A stretch of DNA of 64,000 nt from Candidatus Berkelbacteria bacterium RIFCSPLOWO2_01_FULL_50_28 (GTDB taxonomy: Bacteria > Patescibacteriota > UBA1384 > 2-12-FULL-50-11), in NCBI GenBank assembly GCA_001774395.1, contig MEZX01000002.1, positions 402,108 through 466,107 of the forward strand. Direction: 5' to 3'. Made by a program: the position numbers and the translations under genes. Shown here one piece after another: positions 37,992-47,346 of the stretch (the stretch's first letter is position 1; every line of letters begins with the position of its first letter). Under the pieces are notes generated by a model. That model was not told where the DNA came from. It saw only the letters and a list, made by a program, of their open reading frames with translations, and searched no databases.

Positions 37992-38855
37992 ATGAAAAAA
38001 GGCAGCAGCCTAATCTTAGTGGCAATTATTATGGCCGGAATCATCGCGGTGGTTTTTGGCTCCTACCGTTTAGCACTGGTGCAATTCAACCAATCAACGC
38101 GTGATGAAGACAAGATGTTCGCCTACTACGCCGCGAATGCCGGTATTGAGGACGGGCTGATTCGTTTTCGCTACAACCGCGACGCCGAAACACCTGTAGA
38201 TAAGTTTTCGCGGCTCAATCTAACTACTGGCCATCCTTACGGCGATACCGATCAACCGCTAAAACAGATGAACGATTACGAACCGACGGATCAGTATTAC
38301 GACCTGCAGTTGAAGTTCAAGGTTGACGCGATCGGATTTGACGGCGTGGCCCCGGGCAGGCTGACTAAGGATAGTACCTTACAACTTTCGGGTTTCTCGT
38401 CGCAAAGTAACCCGTATTATTTACGCTATAAGTTCAGATTCTTGAATTCTTGCACAGGGGGAGTGGTGCAGATTCAACAGTTGCGTGAAACGCCGTCCGG
38501 TGCTCAAGTGCTTTACAGCCAAAAAACAATTCGCCAGACAGCAGGCGATACGTACGATTCTAAAGATGTAGAGAACATGCTTGTCGGTGCCGCGAACGAA
38601 CTAACTAGTGTGTTCCGTCTGCGGAACTACAGCTGTCCGATCGACTTCTCCTTTCAGACCGTTACTGGTATCACCAACGAGGTTAAGGCGAATGTACAAT
38701 TTGACGGCTTAAAAACCTATGCTATTTCAACTGGCTACTTCGCCGGAACGAAACGGACTCTTGTAGCCGAGATTGATCGACGATCAGGGCAGCTTATCTC
38801 AATTTACGACTTCAATTTATACGCCGGGCAAGGTTCAATCAGTCCGAATCCGTAG
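37992..38855 (+). CDS. PilX-like minor pilin (hydrophobic N-terminus, no Glu+5)
   Basis: MKKGSSLILVAIIMAGIIAVVFGS. Last gene of the pilus operon. Confidence 0.4.
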   Translation: MKKGSSLILVAIIMAGIIAVVFGSYRLALVQFNQSTRDEDKMFAYYAANAGIEDGLIRFRYNRDAETPVDKFSRLNLTTGHPYGDTDQPLKQMNDYEPTDQYYDLQLKFKVDAIGFDGVAPGRLTKDSTLQLSGFSSQSNPYYLRYKFRFLNSCTGGVVQIQQLRETPSGAQVLYSQKTIRQTAGDTYDSKDVENMLVGAANELTSVFRLRNYSCPIDFSFQTVTGITNEVKANVQFDGLKTYAISTGYFAGTKRTLVAEIDRRSGQLISIYDFNLYAGQGSISPNP

Positions 38856-38889
38856 ACAAAACCGGAGTCTTGAGGCATATTGAACCGAC

Positions 38890-39306
38890 ATGTTGACTAT
38901 AACCGTGCACACCGATGGTGCCTCACGAGGTAACCCCGGCCCATCAGCTGTCGCTTATGTAATTCAAGGCGTAAATCAGGAACCAATAAAGTTTTCGCAG
39001 ACGGTTGGAATTTTACCCAACAACCAAGCGGAGTACCGGGCGCTTATCTCTGCGCTCGAAAAGATGTTGGAAATAAACCCAAAAGATGCGGTGATCAGCT
39101 TTTTTGCCGATTCTGAGCTTATGGTACGTCAGATAAAAGGGGAGTATCGAGTGAAAAACGCCGGCATCGCCTCGCTCTATCATCAGGTTACCGACGGCTT
39201 GGACTCGCTTCGACGCGGGGGCAATAGCTACTCGTTTACGGCAATTCCCCGGGAAGAGAACAAAGAGGCCGACCGTCTCTGCAACAAGGCGCTTGATTCG
39301 GTTTAA
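38890..39306 (+). CDS. rnhA: ribonuclease HI
   Basis: TDGASRGNPGPSAVAYV. Catalytic D-E-D-D residues are plausible. 138 aa. Confidence 0.75.
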   Translation: MLTITVHTDGASRGNPGPSAVAYVIQGVNQEPIKFSQTVGILPNNQAEYRALISALEKMLEINPKDAVISFFADSELMVRQIKGEYRVKNAGIASLYHQVTDGLDSLRRGGNSYSFTAIPREENKEADRLCNKALDSV

Positions 39307-40426
39307 ATCAATGTGGCGACGACTTGCAAATCTGCCCATAGATTGGCTACTGTTGCTACTGCCAATTCTCCTGTCGGTAACCGGGATAGTGACGGTTTAT
39401 ACGATTACCTACAGCCAGGCAGGCGGTGATTTTGCTCCCGACCAAATAAAGTTTGCCTTAATTGGGCTGGTATTAATGCTGACACTGACGTTTTACGATT
39501 ACCGTTTTTTGCGGAGCTACGGCGTCATATTCTACGTTCTGGGTTTGGCGTTACTTCTCACACTGTTACCGTTTATTGCCCCGAGCTTACCTTTTACGCT
39601 CAAGATATACGGCGCCTATCGCTGGTTGGATTTTGGAGCATTTCAACTCCAGCCGTCAGAGTTATTCAAGTTTATCGCAGCAGTGTTTGGTGCGGCAGTC
39701 TTGGCTAACTATATCGGACGGATAAACTGGAGGAGAGCCACTGCATTCATCGTCTTGGCACTCGTTCCTGTGCTACTGACCGCAGTTCAGCCAGATTTAG
39801 GTACGGCCTCAGTTCTATTTATTATATTTTTGGGCATATTCTTTGCGGCCCTACCGCCGGGGAAGATCGTCATCGCCCTTATCTTGGCAACTCTAGTTCT
39901 TGTGCCGATAGGTTGGAGTAACCTCCAGGGTTACCAGAAGCAACGAATTGAAACGTTCCTAAACCCAAGTGCTAGTCCGTCGGCTGAGGGGTATAACGTG
40001 CGGCAGTCTGTAATTGCGATTGGCTCAGGAGGATTGACCGGCCGAGGTTTTGGCCAAGGCTCACAAACCGCCCTTAGTTTTCTGCCGGTGGCTTATACCG
40101 ACTTTGTCTTTGCCGGGTTCGCCGAAGCTACGGGACTTGTCGGTTCGTCGGTTCTGCTATTGTTATACGGTATTCTCATCTGGCGTATCATCATGATTGC
40201 CAGAGAAACAACGGACCCCTTCGCTCAGCTATTAGCTATTGGTTTTGCGAGCAAATTTCTGTTTCAAATGACTGTGCACGTCGGGATGAACATGGGGCTT
40301 CTCCCCGTAACTGGCATTCCGTTACCATTTATGTCTTACGGCGGTACCGCTCTTGTCATCGACTTGGCTGCGATCGGTATTCTGCAAAGCATACATATCA
40401 GGCACAAAAAGATTAATTTTAGGTAA
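39293..40426 (+). CDS. SEDS-family peptidoglycan polymerase (RodA/FtsW)
   Basis: About 10 TM helices. The C-terminal GMNMGLLPVTGIPLPFMSYGGTAL motif is SEDS-specific. Confidence 0.8.
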   Translation: MIRFKSMWRRLANLPIDWLLLLLPILLSVTGIVTVYTITYSQAGGDFAPDQIKFALIGLVLMLTLTFYDYRFLRSYGVIFYVLGLALLLTLLPFIAPSLPFTLKIYGAYRWLDFGAFQLQPSELFKFIAAVFGAAVLANYIGRINWRRATAFIVLALVPVLLTAVQPDLGTASVLFIIFLGIFFAALPPGKIVIALILATLVLVPIGWSNLQGYQKQRIETFLNPSASPSAEGYNVRQSVIAIGSGGLTGRGFGQGSQTALSFLPVAYTDFVFAGFAEATGLVGSSVLLLLYGILIWRIIMIARETTDPFAQLLAIGFASKFLFQMTVHVGMNMGLLPVTGIPLPFMSYGGTALVIDLAAIGILQSIHIRHKKINFR

Positions 40427-40528
40427 CAGCGTTTTCAAGGTTTGTTCGATTTGAGTGAATACCTCGTCCGCTTGCGGCGAGGATGAAAGCCTTCATTCGA
40501 CGAACGCTCCTCGATCCAACCCAGTCGG

Positions 40529-40690
40529 CTTGCCGCGGGGTGCCGAGGGGTGTTTGATTTTTCAAACAAACAACCCTCAATCATACTGTTGACTTGCCGC
40601 GGGGTGCCGAGGGGTGTTTGATTTTTCAAACAAACAACCCTCAATCATACTGTTGACTTGCCGCGGGGTGCCGAGGGGTGTTTGATTTTT
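40529..40690. repeat. 64-bp direct tandem repeat, 2.5 copies, upstream of rplU
   Basis: Unit CTTGCCGCGGGGTGCCGAGGGGTGTTTGATTTTTCAAACAAACAACCCTCAATCATACTGTTGA: identical copies at 40529-40592 and 40593-40656, partial third copy 40657-40690. Confidence 0.9.
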
Positions 40691-40698
40691 TCGGCTGA

Positions 40699-41106
40699 AT
40701 GATGTACTATTTCCTCTGTTACATCATGGCAAACAAGATCGATAATTGGACAATAATTGAATTGGGCGGCAAGCAACATCTGGTGCGGCCCGGCAGCCGT
40801 GTGAGTGTAAACCGCTTAGATCGAGCGGAAGGGGATCTATTCGAGCTACCGAATATGCTTGATGGCAGCCCGGTCGCCGTGAAGGTTTTGAGTCACGAAA
40901 AGGGCGAAAAAATCCGTGGTCTGAAATTCAAAAACAAAGTTCACTACTTGCGTCATTACGGTCATCGGCAGCAACTTAGCATTGTTGAAGTCCTGCCCAC
41001 GGCGCCGAAATCAGAGAAGGCTGCAACCGTAGCCAAAGCCACCAAGCCAAAAGTAACTCCAGTTAAGAATATCACGACCAAAAAAGTCAGCGTAAAGAAA
41101 AAGTGA
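40699..41106 (+). CDS. rplU: 50S ribosomal protein L21 with Lys/Ala-rich C-terminal extension
   Basis: ELGGKQHLVRPG...GEKIRGLKFKNKVHYLRHYGHRQ matches L21. Confidence 0.8.
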   Translation: MMYYFLCYIMANKIDNWTIIELGGKQHLVRPGSRVSVNRLDRAEGDLFELPNMLDGSPVAVKVLSHEKGEKIRGLKFKNKVHYLRHYGHRQQLSIVEVLPTAPKSEKAATVAKATKPKVTPVKNITTKKVSVKKK

Positions 41107-41294
41107 TGGTAAATCTTTCACCGGCTAAGTTTATTGGGACAACCGTTGAGGAGGGTAAAAAAGTTATCTGGCCGAACCGGGAGTTAGTTATACGCCACAC
41201 TGTTATGGTTGTAGTGACGATTGGAATCGGGGTTTTAATATTCGCCGGAGTTGATTTTGGCTTTCAGAAGCTGGTACTATTAGCGATCAAATAA
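41103..41294 (+). CDS. secE: preprotein translocase subunit SecE
   Basis: 63 aa with a single C-terminal TM. Immediately upstream of nusG. Confidence 0.7.
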   Translation: MMVNLSPAKFIGTTVEEGKKVIWPNRELVIRHTVMVVVTIGIGVLIFAGVDFGFQKLVLLAIK

Positions 41295-41902
41295 TGGACA
41301 ACGATAAAGACCTTAAAAACGATACACCGACCAACGATTTGGCAAACGCTGCCGAAACCGGGGTGAATCGTCAGGCCGGACAAGCGGGTTGGTATGTAAT
41401 CCACACCTACGCTGGCTACGAAGACCAAGTAGCCGACAATATCAAACAGCGCACGACGAATCTGAAGATGCAGGATTTTATCTTTGACGTGATCGTACCG
41501 AAAGAAAAACAAATTGAAATTAAAAATGGCAAGCGCCGCACAGTAGAAAAGCGGAGTTTCCCCGGGTACGTCTTTGTGAATATGATTGTTACTGACGAGT
41601 CCTGGTACGTTGTCCGTAACACTCCTTCTGTAACTGGGTTCTTAGGTTCCGGCGTTCGTCCGACACCAATTCCGCAGTCGGAAGTGGATACTATTAAAGC
41701 TCGCATGGCTAAAGACGAGCCCGAACATAAGGTTGACCTCAAGACTGACGATTTGGTGCGCATTTCCGACGGCCCCCTAAAGGGTTACGAAGGAAAGGTC
41801 ACCGAAGTTGATCCGGAAAAGGGCAAGATTAAAGTATCGGTCTCAATGTTCGGTCGTGAGACACCCGTGAACTTAGATTTTCTTCAAGTGAAGAAAATGT
41901 AA
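41294..41902 (+). CDS. nusG: transcription termination/antitermination factor NusG
   Basis: NGN domain (WYVIHTYAGYEDQV) and C-terminal KOW (DLVRISDGPLKGYEGKVTEVD). Confidence 0.85.
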   Translation: MDNDKDLKNDTPTNDLANAAETGVNRQAGQAGWYVIHTYAGYEDQVADNIKQRTTNLKMQDFIFDVIVPKEKQIEIKNGKRRTVEKRSFPGYVFVNMIVTDESWYVVRNTPSVTGFLGSGVRPTPIPQSEVDTIKARMAKDEPEHKVDLKTDDLVRISDGPLKGYEGKVTEVDPEKGKIKVSVSMFGRETPVNLDFLQVKKM

Positions 41903-41956
41903 GTAATAACCAAATCACCAAATAATCCAATAATCAAAAGTAACTACTAATAAAAA

Positions 41957-42382
41957 ATGGCTAAGAAAATAAAGACAATCGTAAAACTTCAAGCACAAGC
42001 AGGCAAGGCCACCCCGGCGCCACCAGTTGGTACCGCTCTCGGTCCGCACGGCATTGCGCTGATGGATTTCGTGACCCAATTCAACGAGCGGACGAAGCCG
42101 ATGGGCGACACCGTCGTGCCGGTGGAAGTAACAATTTACGAAGATCGAACGTTTAGCTTTATCACCAAAACTCCGCCCGCTGCCAATCAGCTACTTAAAG
42201 CTGCCAAGATTGAAAAAGGTTCCGGGAATCCCAAAAAGGAAAAAGTCGGCAAGGTGTCCAAAGCCGACGTTCGCGCGATCGCCGAAAACAAAATGGACGA
42301 CCTGAACGCCCGCACAATAGAGCAAGCCATGAAGATTGTCGAGGGCACCGCCCGCTCGATGGGCATTGAAGTCGAAAAGTAA
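41957..42382 (+). CDS. rplK: 50S ribosomal protein L11
   Basis: [33 protein letters not shown]. Confidence 0.9.
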   Translation: MAKKIKTIVKLQAQAGKATPAPPVGTALGPHGIALMDFVTQFNERTKPMGDTVVPVEVTIYEDRTFSFITKTPPAANQLLKAAKIEKGSGNPKKEKVGKVSKADVRAIAENKMDDLNARTIEQAMKIVEGTARSMGIEVEK

Positions 42383-42701
42383 AATGAGCCTATCTTTCTA
42401 CATCGTGGCTTTGCTGATCATTGGAATGGTGCTTTGGGCTATCAATCGCAAGAAGAATAGTCGAGTTCTGTATTGGGCTTCGATTACTTGCTTTGTTTTT
42501 GATATATTTGGACTTCTCTTAGTGATCTTTCACATAGGTTCGTGATTTTTATTTTTGAGGATACGGAAAAAGCCACCGCTTACGCAGTGGCCTTTCCCTT
42601 AACCTCCCAAACGCTTGGCGACCTCCTTGTAGAATTGTGCGCGGTCATATTTTAAGCCGCGGGTGCCAAGCCATTTCGAAGTTCTAGAAATTTAGCATAA
42701 T

Positions 42702-43802
42702 ATGGGGAGGATGTCAAGAGTAAAATCGTGGTTTAAAGGCTCGAGCGTTGAGGACATCCTCTCGGTGGGTGATCTGGAGCCGATCGGGCCGATCAGCTGG
42801 CAGAAACTTTACCGAAGCTTCCCGAGTTTTGTGAATCTTCTTACTGCCCCAAAAAGCAAACTCTTGCAGGCCGGTCTTACCGATCACCAAGCAAATGTTC
42901 TGAGCCGTCGTCCGAAAAATCTTGAAGCGCAAAAGCATTTGCTAACAAGCAAGAGTATATCACTTCTCAGCATTGACGATAAAAACTATCCACCGTTATT
43001 GAGGGAGATTAACGATCCGCCGCTCTGGCTCTATTATCGAGGCGATGTCTCGGCACTCTCCACCACAACCCTCACGGTGGTCGGCACGCGCAAACCATCG
43101 CCGTACGCCCTGCAAGCGATAAAGAGATTGTTGCCTGACTTTGTGGTCAGTAACCTTACAATTGTCTCTGGGCTAGCATATGGCATAGATAAACAGGCGC
43201 ATATGCTTTCTTTAGAAAATAACCATCCGACTGTCGCTGTGTTAGCTGGTGGGTTAGACTCAATTTACCCGGCCGATCACTCGCAATTAGCGCAAAAAAT
43301 AATTGACGGCGGTGGAGTGTTAGTAAGTGAGTATCCGCCGCTCTCGCGTCCGCGTCCGGCGCGGTTTCCAGTGCGTAATCGCATTATCGCCGGACTGTCG
43401 CGACTCACAGTCGTTATCGAAGCGGCAATTAGATCCGGCTCGCTCACAACGGCCAAGTCTGCCCTCGACTATAACCGCGAAATTTTTGCCGTCCCGGCTG
43501 ATATCTTGCGACGAGATGCAGACGGAACAAATTTCTTAATTAAGCACGGGGCGACGTTGTTGGATAATCCCAGTCAGATTGCTGAGTTTTACGGTTTCAA
43601 AGCCAATACACTTGACGACGTGGCAGTTGACAGCGCTAACGGTAAACTCTTAGACTTGATAATTAAGGCTCCTCTGTCGGTGGACACGTTAGTTGAACTA
43701 ACCGGATCCCCAATCGAGGAAGTCTTAGGAATCCTGACCGAACTGGAAATCGGCGGTCAGGTTTTTCAGCCGCAAAATGGCTACTATCAGAGAAGAAAAT
43801 AA
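42702..43802 (+). CDS. dprA: DNA processing protein DprA (Smf)
   Basis: Rossmann-like core TVVGTRKPSPYA...IVSGLAYGID...AGGLD. 366 aa. Confidence 0.8.
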   Translation: MGRMSRVKSWFKGSSVEDILSVGDLEPIGPISWQKLYRSFPSFVNLLTAPKSKLLQAGLTDHQANVLSRRPKNLEAQKHLLTSKSISLLSIDDKNYPPLLREINDPPLWLYYRGDVSALSTTTLTVVGTRKPSPYALQAIKRLLPDFVVSNLTIVSGLAYGIDKQAHMLSLENNHPTVAVLAGGLDSIYPADHSQLAQKIIDGGGVLVSEYPPLSRPRPARFPVRNRIIAGLSRLTVVIEAAIRSGSLTTAKSALDYNREIFAVPADILRRDADGTNFLIKHGATLLDNPSQIAEFYGFKANTLDDVAVDSANGKLLDLIIKAPLSVDTLVELTGSPIEEVLGILTELEIGGQVFQPQNGYYQRRK

Positions 43803-43930
43803 CCCAATAACCAAATCATCGAATAATCGAAACATGATAGAATCGCCAAATTACCAAACTTTGAACATTTCGTCATTCAAAAATTCTTTGAAGATTTGGA
43901 TATTTGATGATTCGATAATTAATTTTTCAG

Positions 43931-46216
43931 ATGTCTAAGAATTTAGTCATCGTTGAAAGCCCGGCCAAAGCCAGAACTATCAATCAGTATCTGGGCAGTG
44001 ACTACGTAGTTAAAGCCTCATTTGGGCACATCCGTGATCTGCCAAAAACAAAGCTAGGCATTGAACCGGAGCACGATTTTGCCGTCCAGTACCAGGCAAT
44101 TCCCAGAGCAAAGTCCGTGATTAAGGAGCTTCAAACAGAACTCTCCACAGCCGATGCGCTCTATCTGGCACCCGATCCTGATCGCGAAGGTGAGGCGATC
44201 GCCTGGCATCTGGTGGCTCAGCTCAAACCAAAGGTTCCCGTGCATCGCATCTCTTTTCACGAAATTACCAAGCCGGCAATTGAGGCGGCGATAAAAAATC
44301 CACGCGATATCTCGATCAATCTAGTTGATGCTCAACAAGCCAGGCGAATTCTTGACCGATTAGTTGGTTACAAATTGTCGCCGTTCTTGTGGAAAAAAGT
44401 TTATCGAGGGCTGTCGGCTGGTCGCGTGCAGTCAGTCGCCGTCCGGCTCATTGTTGAACGCGAGCGCGAAATTAAGGCGCATAAAGTTCGTGAATTCTGG
44501 ACTATCGAAGCAGTGATGAAAACAAAAGACGGACTTGCCCACCGAAGCCCTCGCCTTGCCGAAGCCGTCGGCGAAGCGCAGGCCGGCGAAGGTGGAGAGT
44601 TCAAGGCCTATCTTGCCGACTCGAAAACCGCCGTCAAGGCCGAGTTTGGCAGTGACGCCGAAGCGCAAAAAGTTGTCCATCAAATCCAGAAGGCTTCACT
44701 CACGGTAACTTCGCTTGAAGTGACGCAGTCGCAGATTAAGCCTTCCGCTCCGCTCATCACATCAACTCTGCAACAAGCGGCGGCACGAGCGTTGAATTTT
44801 TCTGCCAAGCGAACGATGAAAATTGCCCAGGACCTTTACGAAGGAATTGACATCGGGGGCAAAGGAACGGTGGCTCTTATAACGTATATGCGAACTGATT
44901 CCTACCAGATGTCGCAGACTGCCAAAAAGGCAGGCAATGAGCTGATCGCCAAAAACTACGGCGCCAAGTACTTGCCTGAAACCGCCAACGTCTTCGGCCG
45001 TAAGGTGAAGGGTGCTCAAGAAGCACACGAGGCCATTCGCCCGACAGACTTTACGATTAAACCCGAGGATATCAAGGACAAAGTGAATCGTGATTATTAC
45101 GGTCTTTACAAGCTAATTTGGCAGTCTGCGCTATCGTCGCTGATGAGCCCTTCCATTGTTGAATCCACCACAGCCGTTATTGACGGTGCAACTAAAAATC
45201 GCCTCATTGCTCGTGGCCGCAAGCTGCTGTTCGACGGCCACCTAAAATTGAATGCTAACAACGATGAGCGTTTTGAAGCCCTGCCAAAACTTACTAAGGG
45301 CGAAGGCGTGAAGGTGAAACAAATTTTGCCGGAGCAACACTTCACTGAACCGCCCGCTCGTTACTCAGAAGCTAGCCTTGTTAAAGAACTGGAAAAGCGG
45401 GGGATTGGGCGACCGTCCACTTACGCCCCAATAATGTCGACCATTGTTGATCGCGGTTACGTTCTGCGTCAAACCGGGCGCTTCGTGCCGCAAAGCGTGG
45501 CGGAGGTAGTGACAGATCTCTTGGTCGAAAACTTTCCGAAAATTGTCGACTACGATTTCACAGCCGAAATGGAAGACGACCTAGACGATATCGCCGAAGG
45601 CAGTAAAAAGATGGTGCCGGTGTTGCACGCATTTTACGATCCATTTGCCGCATTGTTGGAAGAAAAAACTAAGACCGTCAAAAAAAGTGAGATTACAGAA
45701 GAGGCGACCGACCAGAAATGTCCGAAATGCGCAAAACCGGTGGTCATAAAACTTGGCCGTTTCGGCAAGTTCTACTCCTGCACTGGTTTTCCGGAGTGTA
45801 AATACACCGCGCCGTACTTGGATGACAAGTTCAACAAGGAAGAAGAAAAGGAGCTGGCCCAAGAAGTAAAGGGTAAGTGTGAAAAATGTGGCGGAGAGTT
45901 AGTCCTAAAGCAAAGCCGGTTCGGCACATTTATTGGCTGCGCCAATTACCCAAAGTGCAAGTTCACCAAAAGCATCATCATCGGATCAGGGGTTAAATGC
46001 CCCGACTGCGGTAAAGAGATCATTCGCCGCTCGTCGCGCCGCGGCAAAGTTTTCTGGGGCTGTTCCGGCTATCCGAAATGTAAGAAGGCCTTCTGGGATG
46101 AGCCGTTAAACGAGAAGTGTCCTGATTGTGGCAACCTTCTCATCAATAAAAAATCCGGCATCGCGTGCAGCCAGTGCGACTTTACGAAGGAAGAAAAGGT
46201 TTCTTCCACGAAGTAG
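43931..46216 (+). CDS. topA: DNA topoisomerase I
   Basis: Toprim N-terminus (LVIVESPAKARTI), active-site Tyr region (GLYEGIDIGGKGTVALITYMRTDS), four C-terminal C4 zinc ribbons. Confidence 0.9.
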   Translation: MSKNLVIVESPAKARTINQYLGSDYVVKASFGHIRDLPKTKLGIEPEHDFAVQYQAIPRAKSVIKELQTELSTADALYLAPDPDREGEAIAWHLVAQLKPKVPVHRISFHEITKPAIEAAIKNPRDISINLVDAQQARRILDRLVGYKLSPFLWKKVYRGLSAGRVQSVAVRLIVEREREIKAHKVREFWTIEAVMKTKDGLAHRSPRLAEAVGEAQAGEGGEFKAYLADSKTAVKAEFGSDAEAQKVVHQIQKASLTVTSLEVTQSQIKPSAPLITSTLQQAAARALNFSAKRTMKIAQDLYEGIDIGGKGTVALITYMRTDSYQMSQTAKKAGNELIAKNYGAKYLPETANVFGRKVKGAQEAHEAIRPTDFTIKPEDIKDKVNRDYYGLYKLIWQSALSSLMSPSIVESTTAVIDGATKNRLIARGRKLLFDGHLKLNANNDERFEALPKLTKGEGVKVKQILPEQHFTEPPARYSEASLVKELEKRGIGRPSTYAPIMSTIVDRGYVLRQTGRFVPQSVAEVVTDLLVENFPKIVDYDFTAEMEDDLDDIAEGSKKMVPVLHAFYDPFAALLEEKTKTVKKSEITEEATDQKCPKCAKPVVIKLGRFGKFYSCTGFPECKYTAPYLDDKFNKEEEKELAQEVKGKCEKCGGELVLKQSRFGTFIGCANYPKCKFTKSIIIGSGVKCPDCGKEIIRRSSRRGKVFWGCSGYPKCKKAFWDEPLNEKCPDCGNLLINKKSGIACSQCDFTKEEKVSSTK

Positions 46217-46240
46217 GATTTTAGGTATACTCCCATAGTA

Positions 46241-46876
46241 ATGAAAAGCATTTTGCCAAAGTCCGTTGAGAAACTCTCCGAGGTCCTTGCCTCGCTTCCT
46301 GGCGTCGGCCCCAAAACCGCCAACCGTTTAACGTTCTATTTACTCGGTCGCAACGACGAGGAGCTGAAAAAATTCGGTGAGGCTTTTGGAACGCTTAAAG
46401 ATAATCTCACCATTTGTTCGCAGTGTTTTATTGTTACAGAAACTGACCCGTGCCCAATCTGTGCCGATGACACGCGTGAGAGAACTAAGATGGCGGTAGT
46501 CGAGGAACCACTTGATGTTCTGGCGCTTGAGAAAGCCCATTTCAATGGGATATATCATGTTTTGGGCGGGCAGATTTCACCAATCAATAACGTCGGTCCA
46601 GAAGATCTGAAGATTAAAGAATTACTGGAGCGATTGACCACGGATGATTTCAAGGAAGTGATCTTGGCGATGGACCCGACGTTGGAAGGGGAAGCAACCG
46701 TAATGTATGTGGACGAGAAAATTGCCGAGGCTCGCCATGGAAGAAAAGGCGCCGCAAAGCTCATTGTTTCTCGCTTAGCTCGAGGACTTCCCGTGGGGGG
46801 AGACTTGGAGTACGCCGACGAACTAACACTCACTCGCGCCCTAGAAGGTCGGCGCAGCTACTCCTCGCCCGACTAA
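46241..46876 (+). CDS. recR: recombination protein RecR
   Basis: HhH (LPGVGPKTANRL), C4 zinc finger (CSQC...CPIC), Toprim. Confidence 0.85.
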   Translation: MKSILPKSVEKLSEVLASLPGVGPKTANRLTFYLLGRNDEELKKFGEAFGTLKDNLTICSQCFIVTETDPCPICADDTRERTKMAVVEEPLDVLALEKAHFNGIYHVLGGQISPINNVGPEDLKIKELLERLTTDDFKEVILAMDPTLEGEATVMYVDEKIAEARHGRKGAAKLIVSRLARGLPVGGDLEYADELTLTRALEGRRSYSSPD

Positions 46877-46881
46877 GTATC

Positions 46882-47169
46882 TTGTCATCTAATGTTCAAA
46901 ACAATAAAGTAGACACAATGAAGCCAGATCACACCGAAGAATACATCTGCAACAACTGCGGTTACACCAGCCCGGTGGCTAATGATGCTTGTCCCGAATG
47001 CAAATCACCGATGGCAAAACTCGACGACGGCGAAGCCCACCGTGGCACTTCGACGCAAGAGGGCGATGAAGTGGACGACTCTCATTACAACAGTGACGGT
47101 ATGGAATCGTTAGAAGCCTTACGGGCCAAGGAAGATAGCGAAGACGACCCTCCGTTTGACGACGCGTAA
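46882..47169 (+). CDS. small acidic zinc-ribbon protein
   Basis: CNNCGYTSPVANDACPECKSP ribbon followed by a 60-aa D/E-rich tail. Confidence 0.45.
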   Translation: MSSNVQNNKVDTMKPDHTEEYICNNCGYTSPVANDACPECKSPMAKLDDGEAHRGTSTQEGDEVDDSHYNSDGMESLEALRAKEDSEDDPPFDDA

Positions 47170-47346
47170 TAAAGTATTTCTCAAGATTAAATAGTTGAAT
47201 ATTTTGTGGCAAACACTGCCACGCATTTATGGGTACAAAAAACGGGCCCGGCGTTGCCGCCAGGCCCAAGATGTTTCAACTTACCGCCCTTTCCTTCCAC
47301 CTATGTGTTCGGTAGGAATCACGGTTTACGGTCAGTTGAGGGACCG

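Noticed and set aside
40435-40644. 69-aa minus-strand ORF
   Set aside because: It lies entirely within the 64-bp tandem repeats, so its reading frame is generated by the repeat. No SD and no plausible protein.
40529-40690. Possible CRISPR array
   Set aside because: The repeats are directly contiguous with no unique spacers, there are only 2.5 copies, and no cas genes are nearby.
42546-42600. Hairpin GCCACCGCTTACGCAGTGGC flanked by A and T runs after rplK / small ORF
   Set aside because: It is a plausible bidirectional terminator, but the stem has a mismatch and the T-tract is only on the minus-strand side where no gene ends. It was too weak to list as a feature.
46882-47169. Small zinc-ribbon acidic protein as a RiPP precursor for the adjacent radical-SAM-like enzyme
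   Set aside because: The genes are convergent rather than co-transcribed. The CxxC...CxxC ribbon plus acidic tail is typical of small zinc-ribbon proteins, not of sacti-/ranthipeptide precursors. The adjacency is noted but not claimed as a RiPP cluster.
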